Shown piece after piece: positions 56,809 to 64,000 of a stretch of DNA of 64,000 nt. The notes beneath the pieces are model-generated. The model saw only the letters and a program-made list of their open reading frames with translations, had not been told where the DNA came from and made no database searches. Origin of the DNA: a virus (lineage: Duplodnaviria; Caudoviricetes); the IMG/VR virus record IMGVR_UViG_3300044641_005618. One strand, given 5' to 3'. Numbering within the stretch: position 1 is the first letter of the stretch; every line of letters starts with the position of its first letter. The translations under genes were made by a program, and so were the position numbers.

Positions 56809-56957
56809 AGGTAGGCGGCGGCTTTAAACTCTTCTTCAGATACTGTTCCGGATTTAGCTAGTTTTTGCATAGCTTTGAAAATCACAGATGCTTCCTTCTC
56901 CTCGCCTTGAAAGAGTGCGTGTTTTCGGTAAGAGGCGAGTTTAACATAGATGCTCAT
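56805..56957 (-). CDS. kinase-partner small protein C (50 aa)
   Basis: Manual translation MSIYVKLASYRKHALFQGEEKEASVIFKAMQKLAKSGTVSEEEFKAAAYL; ATGA overlap. Confidence 0.78.
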   Translation of the reverse strand: MSIYVKLASYRKHALFQGEEKEASVIFKAMQKLAKSGTVSEEEFKAAAYL

Positions 56958-57841
56958 AGAATTCCCTCGTAAAGGGATTTGAGAAACTCCTTGACTTCGG
57001 AGTTTGAAAGATTCCTAATCGCCGGAGGTAGATCCGCTTCTTTGGTTCGTATTTCTACAGAATCATTCGAGTCGAACTTCAAGTTCGACACAACTTTACC
57101 CCAGTTCTCTTGAAATTTTCTGTATAGAACACTTCCCTGGCCGTCGTCTTCACCGAAAGCGGTTCTCGAGGAAGAGTCTTTGTTGGTAAGTAAGGCCTCC
57201 ACTAAAGCGTGACGGCTACCAATTTGAGATAGACCGAAATCTACGAACATAGTTCTCTTGGTTTTCGGGTCATAGAATACGTTTCCGTCGTGAGTATCGT
57301 TATGAGCTATTCCCGCCAAATGCATTCGAGCTCTTGCTCTCATCATGGAATCAATTTGCTCAACCTTTTGTTCCTTAGACAGGGACTGAGAAGATAGGGG
57401 CTTTCCTTTCGCTTCTTTCATTTGAATCATTCCGTCTCCCGAGGTGACATGCCCCCCAAATATAATTCTATTCACTAATTTCTCGTTTTTTAAGGGTGTA
57501 ACAGAAACTAAAGATGGGGCCAATCCTGTCCCACTTAAACGAGTTAGAGCTTCAGCTTCATGTTGACCTATTTTTCCTTTCTTAATAACTGTAGGAGGTG
57601 GACCCGCGTTCAAACGAACCTCCCCCATGTCCCCTTTTCCAAACGCTTCCCCCTCGTCAAACGCTTTCTGTATACTCCTTTTTTCGTTTTCTTGGCCCAC
57701 TTCAACCCCTTTTCTGCACCGTCCGGCTGTGCCGTAGTGCGTGCCGTCCAACCTTTCACAACGTGTGAAATCGTGAACCCCGGTGAGGAGTTCCCTCACC
57801 CTTTGAACAGAGTTATCTGTAAAGTAACCGAGTTTGCTCAT
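56954..57841 (-). CDS. modular-family protein: leader + HDFTRC module + protein kinase domain
   Basis: Start revised to ATG 57841 (MSKLGYFTDNS); FGKGDMG, VIK, HNDTHDGNV, FVDFG. Confidence 0.86.
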   Translation of the reverse strand: MSKLGYFTDNSVQRVRELLTGVHDFTRCERLDGTHYGTAGRCRKGVEVGQENEKRSIQKAFDEGEAFGKGDMGEVRLNAGPPPTVIKKGKIGQHEAEALTRLSGTGLAPSLVSVTPLKNEKLVNRIIFGGHVTSGDGMIQMKEAKGKPLSSQSLSKEQKVEQIDSMMRARARMHLAGIAHNDTHDGNVFYDPKTKRTMFVDFGLSQIGSRHALVEALLTNKDSSSRTAFGEDDGQGSVLYRKFQENWGKVVSNLKFDSNDSVEIRTKEADLPPAIRNLSNSEVKEFLKSLYEGIL

Positions 57842-57851
57842 GAGATTGAAA

Positions 57852-58193
57852 TTACCATTTCTCACGGTCTGACCAATACGCAGCAGAAGACTTCCCCTTC
57901 GCAATATTAGCAGCATGCCTCGCCTTAAACGACTGCCGTCTGGCCTTGTAAGACTCTGACTCTCCCTCTTTCTTCGGTGACCCCTTCACACCTTGCTGCC
58001 CGAATCGAATCAGCTTGCCCCCTTTGGGTGCACCGGGATAGCACGACTTTACAATATGGGAGCTTGTTGGGTGACTCGGAGTGGCGTGAGGGTCGTTACA
58101 GTCAAGAGAGCTTTTGTCTACCTTTTCCGCATACTTTTCCAGTGCAGCCTCTCGAAAAGAAGCGTAGGACGAATTGTCAAATGATCCCCACAT
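57852..58193 (-). CDS. leader-bearing small basic phage protein
   Basis: MWGSFDNSSY leader (ATG 58193); KLIRFGQQG...SFKARH..NI.KGK.SAAYW...KW, a pattern common in phage small proteins. Confidence 0.75.
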   Translation of the reverse strand: MWGSFDNSSYASFREAALEKYAEKVDKSSLDCNDPHATPSHPTSSHIVKSCYPGAPKGGKLIRFGQQGVKGSPKKEGESESYKARRQSFKARHAANIAKGKSSAAYWSDREKW

Positions 58194-58197
58194 TGTC

Positions 58198-58572
58198 TCA
58201 ATCTTCGTATTGCAACGCGTCGGCAACCGAGGTCATGCTGTTCTCAGCCTCAGCCAACTTTGCCGCCATCCACGGACTCAGATTCGTGTAAGGCCCAACC
58301 AGTTCCAGTATAGTTTCAATATTGTCCCTCATAGATCGCAACTGAGAAATGGCCATGCTGCCGTTCGGTTCGACTTCCCTGTCGTCTTCGGCAGCGTCTT
58401 CGTAGTCGGAGTCGTAGTCATCCTCGTCGTCCTCACCCATAAAGAAGGTGTCAGGGTCCCTCCCTGGCTCTTTCTCGAATGCTGGAGCAACTCCCATGAA
58501 GTTGCTGGGGTTTTCAACCCCGTACTTGTAAGCGCTGTAAGCTTCCGGTGAAAAGGATCCCCAGTGACTCAT
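58198..58572 (-). CDS. leader-bearing small acidic protein
   Basis: MSHWGSFSPEAYSAY; MA.SQL......I...L....WM..KL..A...M..V.D pattern seen in cyanophage structural proteins. Confidence 0.72.
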   Translation of the reverse strand: MSHWGSFSPEAYSAYKYGVENPSNFMGVAPAFEKEPGRDPDTFFMGEDDEDDYDSDYEDAAEDDREVEPNGSMAISQLRSMRDNIETILELVGPYTNLSPWMAAKLAEAENSMTSVADALQYED

Positions 58573-58596
58573 TTCTGTAAGTGGTTAACTACCTAA

Positions 58597-58604
58597 CTTT
58601 ACCC
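58597..58604 (-). promoter_or_regulatory. GGGTAAA late-type promoter motif
   Basis: GGGTAAAG, 24 nt before ATG 58572. Confidence 0.72.
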
Positions 58605-58605
58605 C

Positions 58606-58977
58606 TTAGTTATTCGCGTTCTCCCTATGCCTGTAAAACTGCATAGAAAGCTCTTCCACTTTATCGACTAGCCGGTTGTGGTCTGTCTTCAGAGTGTACT
58701 TCTCAGGAAGTTCCGCTCGCATATCGTTAAGAGCTTTCTCAACATTCTTAATGTGGGAAAGGACATTCTCGTTTTGAACTGTATTCGCTGCAATCAGAGC
58801 GTTAATTCTTTTGTCGTTCTCCTCAATAAGACGTTCTATCTTTTGGTCTGCGTTGTTTCTCAGGTACTGAACTCTTTTTTCGTTCTTACCTTGAATTACA
58901 AAGGTGCCACCGACACCTGCAAGACCGGCTGTGAAAATCCAGCCGCAGATTATGAGTGGTATTTCAAAAAGTCCCAT
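58606..58977 (-). CDS. membrane-anchored coiled-coil protein
   Basis: N-terminal hydrophobic helix followed by heptad repeats. Confidence 0.65.
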   Translation of the reverse strand: MGLFEIPLIICGWIFTAGLAGVGGTFVIQGKNEKRVQYLRNNADQKIERLIEENDKRINALIAANTVQNENVLSHIKNVEKALNDMRAELPEKYTLKTDHNRLVDKVEELSMQFYRHRENANN

Positions 58978-58979
58978 GT

Positions 58980-59774
58980 TTACTCCGGCAACCTTGACTG
59001 ACCAGCTTCGACCGCTGCTCTAGCTGCTTTCCTTGAGCTCCTTCTTGCACTCGGAGCCTCTTCGCTGAAGTCTGGGGAAGGCAAGCCTGACTCCCCTTGC
59101 CCCATTCGATCTTTCACCGTTTGGGGAAGACCCGACTCCCAGCCGTACTTCTTAGCAATGCGAATAATCTCGGACATAATTTTGCGCGGGTTCGCTGCCC
59201 TGCCCACGGAAGACCACGCCGCTGAGACATCTTGAGTGCTCGCAATGGGGAAGGACATACCGGGCCCAGCAAACTCTCCCCGCTCCTCTCCGGACTGCAG
59301 CTTCTGCCTTTTATTTGCGGACCACTCTCGAAAGTCTGCGTCGCTTTTCGCTGCTGCTTTGCAAGAGTCGCATTTGCATTTTCCAGTCCCTTTGCACGTT
59401 GTTTGTGAGAAGGGCTGAGGCATAGACATTAGCTCAGTGTCATCGGCGAAATTATACTCTTTTCTTTTTATTTCACGAAATGCCGCTATCCTGGCCCGTT
59501 TACGCCCGAAAATCTCTTTCATAGCAGCTTGGCCGTCTGCGTGAGCATCTCGGTCACGATTGACTAAGTTTTCTTTCTTCTGACGGCTAGCCTTGTTGGC
59601 GTCTAAGAGTGCCTCGTTGTGAAAAGACATATTACCGTCTTTGTCAGTTCGCCACTTTTTTCCTGTGCGGTTCATTTCCTCAAGTTTGTCTGTGGAAATA
59701 GCTGTAGCCGCATTCATGGAACCGCCGACTCCCGGCAGGGTTACAGACGAAAAGTCTAAGTTAGCACCGTACAT
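58980..59774 (-). CDS. hypothetical probable head-associated protein with a Cys cluster
   Basis: CKGTGKCKCDSC; FAGP..SFPI....DV..A...GRA; YNFAD, DFRE and DFSE motifs. Confidence 0.65.
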   Translation of the reverse strand: MYGANLDFSSVTLPGVGGSMNAATAISTDKLEEMNRTGKKWRTDKDGNMSFHNEALLDANKASRQKKENLVNRDRDAHADGQAAMKEIFGRKRARIAAFREIKRKEYNFADDTELMSMPQPFSQTTCKGTGKCKCDSCKAAAKSDADFREWSANKRQKLQSGEERGEFAGPGMSFPIASTQDVSAAWSSVGRAANPRKIMSEIIRIAKKYGWESGLPQTVKDRMGQGESGLPSPDFSEEAPSARRSSRKAARAAVEAGQSRLPE

Positions 59775-59797
59775 AGGGGTCTTACGTTGATTCTTAA

Positions 59798-59805
59798 CTT
59801 TACCC
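59798..59805 (-). promoter_or_regulatory. GGGTAAA late-type promoter motif
   Basis: GGGTAAAG, 23 nt before ATG 59774; GTTT 13 nt further upstream. Confidence 0.72.
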
Positions 59806-59853
59806 TCTTTTCGCTCAGAAACGGACTCCAGGGTTTACTTCCCCACGTAAACG

Positions 59854-60174
59854 TTAGACCTTACTTTCTTCGTCCAAGTTGTCGTCTTCTTTGGTCTTGC
59901 GCTTGCGGCTCCCTCGCACAGTTGAAATTATTTCCGAAACATTTTGCCCTGAGGAGGGGACTAAAAGTGCTAAAATTGTGGTGAGTGCTAGTTTCCCGGT
60001 CTCGTTAAAAGTATTGGTCGCATTGTTACAGATAAGGGTTACTTTTGTGGAGTCTTTGTCACGTTCTGCGTAGGACTGGCAGGACCACGTTTGATACCCT
60101 ACAATTAGAAACTGAATTAGAAATATACCTGCTAATGCTCGAATAAGCAGAGCTCTCTCGTTGAATTGAACCAT
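59854..60174 (-). CDS. two-transmembrane small protein (possible holin)
   Basis: Two hydrophobic segments and a highly charged C-terminal tail. Confidence 0.5.
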   Translation of the reverse strand: MVQFNERALLIRALAGIFLIQFLIVGYQTWSCQSYAERDKDSTKVTLICNNATNTFNETGKLALTTILALLVPSSGQNVSEIISTVRGSRKRKTKEDDNLDEESKV

Positions 60175-60195
60175 GCTTGCCCCGCTAGTATAGAG

Positions 60196-60203
60196 TTTTA
60201 CCC
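60196..60203 (-). promoter_or_regulatory. GGGTAAA late-type promoter motif
   Basis: GGGTAAAA, 21 nt before ATG 60174; GTTT 14 nt further upstream. Confidence 0.7.
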
Positions 60204-60878
60204 TTTCAAGGACAGCAAAACCGAGAGAAGAGAAAGATCTCCGAGAAGTTTAGCTGAGGTTGCTTGAGAGGTTTGCTCAGAAAAGGATGCCTCAGAACCT
60301 CTAAATAACTTCTGAAGCCTTAAAAGGTCGGCGCTGTACTTTCGTGATATGGCGCCCGAAATTTGGGCCACTTTGGGAAGTTTTGACCCTACAAACGCAG
60401 CACCAACTCCAGTGAACTTTCCTGCAAGTAGGGGCAGAGCTTGATGGATAATCTCACGACTTTCCTGGCTGGTTAGAAAACTGTCCACGCCCGCGTGGGC
60501 ACTTTTTCCCAGGAACGCGGCAGAAGCTTCTGTGAGCAGGTCCCTTACAAAGTCCTCACCCGACCTTAAATGGCGAGAGTGAAGTCCCGTGGCAACCACC
60601 GCTTGAACAATTGTTTCCGACAACTTTTCTGTGGTTTCCGGGGGTATGCCGTAGCGAGTTTCCAGGTACTTTGATACCAAGGGTCCAACAACTTTCCCCG
60701 CTTTCCACGACGTTACGTTGGCCCCAACATGCTCTCCAAGGTGCAACAACCTCTCGCTGTTACGCGAGAGACTGTCGCTCACTGGCGCCGGCAACTTTTT
60801 CTCGCACTTAAAATCCTTGCTTATGCAAGTCGCTGAGCAAGACTTTCCTGCTGTGCATTTTTTCCTAGGATTGCCCAC
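60198..60878 (-). CDS. protein with an N-terminal C-x5-C-x3-C-x6-C module and a helical domain
   Basis: KKCTAGKSCSATCISKDFKC; SFSE near the C-terminus. Confidence 0.75.
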   Translation of the reverse strand: MGNPRKKCTAGKSCSATCISKDFKCEKKLPAPVSDSLSRNSERLLHLGEHVGANVTSWKAGKVVGPLVSKYLETRYGIPPETTEKLSETIVQAVVATGLHSRHLRSGEDFVRDLLTEASAAFLGKSAHAGVDSFLTSQESREIIHQALPLLAGKFTGVGAAFVGSKLPKVAQISGAISRKYSADLLRLQKLFRGSEASFSEQTSQATSAKLLGDLSLLSVLLSLKG

Positions 60879-60890
60879 TGATTGTTCCCC

Positions 60891-61493
60891 TTAGTCATGG
60901 CCAGGGTCAAGGTCAGAGTCAAGGTCAGAGTCAAGGTCGTCTTCGCTTTCATTCAAGAGCTCGTCTACTATGCGGTCAATATCCTCGTCAGATAGCTCTT
61001 CGTCATAGTCGTCTTCCAGTTCTTCCAGTTCGTCCGACTCATCCAGCTCGGATTCTTCGCTCAAGAGCTCGTCGATTAACCGTTCTACTTCGTCATCGGT
61101 AAGCTCCGGCTCGTCTTCTTCGCCCGTGTCAAAATAAGCGTCATCTTCGTAGTCGTCATCTTCGAGCGAATCCTCAGAAAGCTCTTCACCGTCGCCATCT
61201 GCAAGAAGCTGATCAATAAGCTCCTCAAGCTCTTCGTCGGAGAGCTCTTTCTCGGGTTCTTCAATTCCTGGAACAAGAATTTGATTGGCTTGAAAGTCCT
61301 TGTTTGACCCGTCGTTCGCTTTCCACAAACCAGTGTGCTGAATCCACGGCGAAGTGTTCAGAACTAAGTTGGTTGGAAGGCCCGTGTATTTATCAGTCTC
61401 TTGGTCTTCCGGCTCAAGGATCTGTGCTGCGTAGGCAGCTCTGAACGCTTCAATCGAGTCAGTGTCGAAGTCACCGTTGATTCTGTTAGACAT
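60891..61493 (-). CDS. leader-bearing, extremely acidic protein with three ELsDEE..liDeLL repeats
   Basis: NGDFDTDSIEAFRAAY leader; ELSDEELEELIDQLL, ELTDDEVERLIDELL, ELSDEDIDRIVDELL. Confidence 0.75.
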   Translation of the reverse strand: MSNRINGDFDTDSIEAFRAAYAAQILEPEDQETDKYTGLPTNLVLNTSPWIQHTGLWKANDGSNKDFQANQILVPGIEEPEKELSDEELEELIDQLLADGDGEELSEDSLEDDDYEDDAYFDTGEEDEPELTDDEVERLIDELLSEESELDESDELEELEDDYDEELSDEDIDRIVDELLNESEDDLDSDLDSDLDPGHD

Positions 61494-61516
61494 TGTATGG
61501 TTTGTGGACTGCTAAA

Positions 61517-61524
61517 CTTTACCC
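61517..61524 (-). promoter_or_regulatory. GGGTAAA late-type promoter motif
   Basis: GGGTAAAG, 23 nt before ATG 61493. Confidence 0.72.
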
Positions 61525-61534
61525 TCCGATCACC

Positions 61535-61900
61535 TCAGATCGATTCGTACTTGCCTGAAACATCCTGCAGCATCTTTCCGTTGCCTTGGAGGTTCTCTCG
61601 GTACTTCTTGATCTCGGATTGGACATCGGCGCGGAACTTTCCTTCCTCGATAAGCTTTCTCTTGCGTTCTTCTTGGGTCTCTTCAGACTTTTCAATAAGT
61701 CGTCCATCTGCGGTAACTTCAAGGTCGCTTTGTAGCTTCGATGGGGCAGCAGGATTCGGATTCACCTCAAGAGTTAAACGATCAAGCAACTTGTCGAAGT
61801 GATCTCGAAGTGAGCGGCGGCAGATAGCGTTGGCGGATATGTCCATTGGACCGCACGGTACGCGATACAGCTTCTCAATTTTGTCCTTCGTCTTTAGCAT
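61535..61900 (-). CDS. hypothetical protein
   Basis: 121-aa ORF in the operon. Confidence 0.6.
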   Translation of the reverse strand: MLKTKDKIEKLYRVPCGPMDISANAICRRSLRDHFDKLLDRLTLEVNPNPAAPSKLQSDLEVTADGRLIEKSEETQEERKRKLIEEGKFRADVQSEIKKYRENLQGNGKMLQDVSGKYESI

Positions 61901-61902
61901 AG

Positions 61903-62238
61903 TTATGCTCCATTACGGGGCTTTTCCACCCATTCTTTGTCGTAGTCAGCGTAATGCCGGCCCTTTTGCTTTTCCTTGAGTGGCTTTGCCGATGCTTTGT
62001 TCGACTCTCTCATACCAAGGATCAAGGTGTCTCGCATTGCTCGAAGTTGCTCGCGGGGGATTGTGCACAGGTTGCTGTCGCGATACGAACGGAACTTGTG
62101 AGCAACATCTGAAGGGTCGTCACACTGCAAGAAAACGGACCATACCCCGTAGGATTGAGGGTGGCTGAGGGAGCCAGGCGGTAGGCTTTGCTCCAAGGCC
62201 AAGCGGTCGGGGCGAGGGAAGCGAGTGTCTCTCCTCAT
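61903..62238 (-). CDS. hypothetical protein
   Basis: 111-aa ORF in the operon. Confidence 0.6.
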   Translation of the reverse strand: MRRDTRFPRPDRLALEQSLPPGSLSHPQSYGVWSVFLQCDDPSDVAHKFRSYRDSNLCTIPREQLRAMRDTLILGMRESNKASAKPLKEKQKGRHYADYDKEWVEKPRNGA

Positions 62239-62342
62239 GGTTTTGCCTCAAGGCTGGGCTTTGGCGGGGCACAAATCACGGTGCTGTTGTTATGTCTGGC
62301 TATGGTGAGTTTTACCCCCCCCCTCTCCATTTTAACCTTAGA

Positions 62343-62356
62343 GGGGCCGAAGCCCC
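62343..62356 (-). terminator. UUCG-tetraloop hairpin, possible terminator
   Basis: GGGGC-TTCG-GCCCC just after the stop at 62359; weak U tract. Confidence 0.5.
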
Positions 62357-62358
62357 TG

Positions 62359-62943
62359 TCAATCTTCTGTGTCTACTCCGGGAATTTCTCCTCTGAACAT
62401 CATATCGTCGTCTGTTTGCCTTGCCCAGTAACTCTCTTTCAGGTCTGAAACTGAGGGAAGGCCTCTTTTCGGTATGTTAAAGTCTTTTAAGGCTTCTACC
62501 ACTTCTTTAGCAATTCCTTGTCTCTGCGATTTAGTTAATTCACTGGGCCATAACTCATCTTTTCGAATTTCTTTAACAATAGATTCAACGGTTAAATTAA
62601 CCTTGGCTTTAACCATAGACGGGGTTGTAACCTTGCCCCCACTTCTTTGAGCTGTGGCTTTCTTTTCTACCGGTTGTTTGGCTTCTTCAGTACCCTTCTT
62701 ACACTTCCCTCGGGTGCCATAGGCCGAGCCGTCGGCTCGGACACACCGTGTAAAGTCAAAAGAGCCAAGGAGTGTGTTCACAGCTTCTTCAATGAATGGG
62801 TATTTGTTCCCGTAATTTTCAGAGAAGGACAAACCTTCGGATGCTAACGCATCCGCTTCATTGCGGAGTTCTAAAGCTTCGCCTAAGTTACCTTTCAGTG
62901 CTTCTGAGAGGGCTTCGAGGTAACAGTGGTCGAGTTTGTTCAT
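62359..62943 (-). CDS. modular-family protein with an FDFTRC module
   Basis: LSFSE...FDFTRCVRADGSAYGTRGKCKKG; start revised to ATG 62943. Confidence 0.82.
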   Translation of the reverse strand: MNKLDHCYLEALSEALKGNLGEALELRNEADALASEGLSFSENYGNKYPFIEEAVNTLLGSFDFTRCVRADGSAYGTRGKCKKGTEEAKQPVEKKATAQRSGGKVTTPSMVKAKVNLTVESIVKEIRKDELWPSELTKSQRQGIAKEVVEALKDFNIPKRGLPSVSDLKESYWARQTDDDMMFRGEIPGVDTED

Positions 62944-62990
62944 GGTTGACAATCAGAAAGTTGCGGGAGAGTTTCACCCCCATCTTTTTA

Positions 62991-62998
62991 TTTTACCC
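62991..62998 (-). promoter_or_regulatory. GGGTAAA late-type promoter motif
   Basis: GGGTAAAA immediately after the phoH terminator, 47 nt before ATG 62943. Confidence 0.6.
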
Positions 62999-63000
62999 TT

Positions 63001-63022
63001 AAGAAAGGGGCCTTTCGGCCCC
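63001..63022 (-). terminator. intrinsic terminator after phoH
   Basis: GGGGCC-GAAA-GGCCCC followed by TTTCTT. Confidence 0.75.
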
Positions 63023-63060
63023 TTGTCTTAGTCATGCCACCCCGTCAAGGAAAGTAGTGA

Positions 63061-63783
63061 TCAAGCTTCGTAAGCCTCCAAGATTTCAGCTATAATTCCA
63101 TTTCTTACAATATCCTCTCTTTCAAACTTAACTCTCCCTACGCCCCGAATGGAGGAAAGTCGATGGTAGCAGTCTAAGAGTCCGTTTTCAGGTTTAAACA
63201 CATCGAGGTCAATTTGTCTAGTGTCCCCTGTAATGATAACTTTTGAATCTTTTCCAACCCTACTAATGACGGTTTTGACGTTTTCAGGCATAGAGTTCTG
63301 AGCCTCATCAAAAAGAATCAGACACTCATTTAGCGATCTTCCCCGTAAGTCCTCTAGAAGAGTGGGCTCTACAATTTTCTTATCGACCAAGTAGTCAGCA
63401 GCCCCCCTACTCTTAGTCATTACAACCAAATTGTCGTATACTGGCCCAACAAGAGGTTTCATCTTTTCCTCAAGCGTTCCAGGCAAGGCACCCCTACTTC
63501 TTTGATGAGAGCATCCTACATCACTTCGAATGTAGTAAACTTTCTGTATATTACCTTTTGAAATCTCAGTCAAACCCCACCACAGGGCCACAAGAGTTTT
63601 CCCAACTCCGGACGGTCCAATAGCTATGGTAACTGTATTTTTATTCAAAGAAGTCCAAAGATCTTCTTGGCGGTCAGACTTTGAGTAGAAGGGTATGACA
63701 TCCATACCCCGGCCATAGGAACGTTCAACCGTTTGAGCTGTTTCAGCGCGACGTGACTTGCGCTTGTCTCGACTTTTCAACAT
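63061..63783 (-). CDS. phoH: PhoH-family ATPase
   Basis: GPSGVGKT, LRGRSL, DEAQN, GDTRQID, DIVRN. Confidence 0.95.
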   Translation of the reverse strand: MLKSRDKRKSRRAETAQTVERSYGRGMDVIPFYSKSDRQEDLWTSLNKNTVTIAIGPSGVGKTLVALWWGLTEISKGNIQKVYYIRSDVGCSHQRSRGALPGTLEEKMKPLVGPVYDNLVVMTKSRGAADYLVDKKIVEPTLLEDLRGRSLNECLILFDEAQNSMPENVKTVISRVGKDSKVIITGDTRQIDLDVFKPENGLLDCYHRLSSIRGVGRVKFEREDIVRNGIIAEILEAYEA

Positions 63784-64000
63784 GGTATAAGAGGACTTGA
63801 CAACAGTGGATAGCTTGTATTCTTCGTTGATAACCAGGACTACATAATCCTCCCCCTTTTTCGAAACGAATGGTAGAGTTTATTGTGAAAGGGAAACCCT
63901 ACGGGCTAGTTTCACCCGTTGGCCCCCCCCCCCCTTTTTTTTGACTAAATGGTGGCGTTTAAGTCACTCGTGAATCCTTTCTACGAATAGATCGAAACCG

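Noticed and set aside
1-64000. tRNA or rRNA genes, CRISPR arrays, integrase, transposase, reverse transcriptase/DGR
   Set aside because: None were recognised by eye; tRNAscan-SE and Infernal would be needed to exclude small RNAs formally.

Overview
This is 64 kb of a large, contractile-tailed cyanophage; the host is probably a Synechococcus/Cyanobium-type picocyanobacterium (inferred from psbA, hli, nblA-like genes and the RNR type). Almost every gene is on the minus strand. Layout from left to right: (i) a psbA split by four ORF-less group I introns, encoding a D1 that keeps every Mn4CaO5 ligand but is otherwise unusually divergent, with a free-standing HNH-like gene downstream; (ii) a 3.2-16.2 kb block of related modular proteins plus two lysins and a UvrD helicase; (iii) a nucleotide-metabolism, replication and host-takeover block (SigF-like and second sigma factor, nrdA with a glutaredoxin insert, nrdB, hli, speD, dCMP deaminase, MazG, an SF3 helicase with a fifth group I intron, 5'-3' exonuclease, thyX); (iv) a tail/baseplate/tape-measure/fibre block; (v) a 54.3-63 kb block with more members of the modular family, then phoH. 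The most notable system is that family: about 13 copies of an N-terminal leader (G-x-F-[S/T/D]-x-x-[A/S]-[L/Y/I]), usually followed by F-[S/A]-E and a C-x13-C module (YDFTRCVRPDGTxYGTxGxCRKG), fused to different enzymatic C-termini (three protein kinases, an ADP-ribosyltransferase-like domain, a GNAT-like domain, an HDxxH domain). Five of these enzyme genes are followed by a translationally coupled 50-57 aa ORF, and the three behind the kinases are homologous to each other. This resembles a capsid-packaged polymorphic effector/immunity system. Many of these and the other virion genes share an upstream GGGTAAA(A/G) motif, 21-26 nt before the start at 12 genes, matching SigF/sigmaB-type promoters, and the phage encodes its own SigF-like sigma. 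All family assignments come from motif recognition by eye; no database searches were run.
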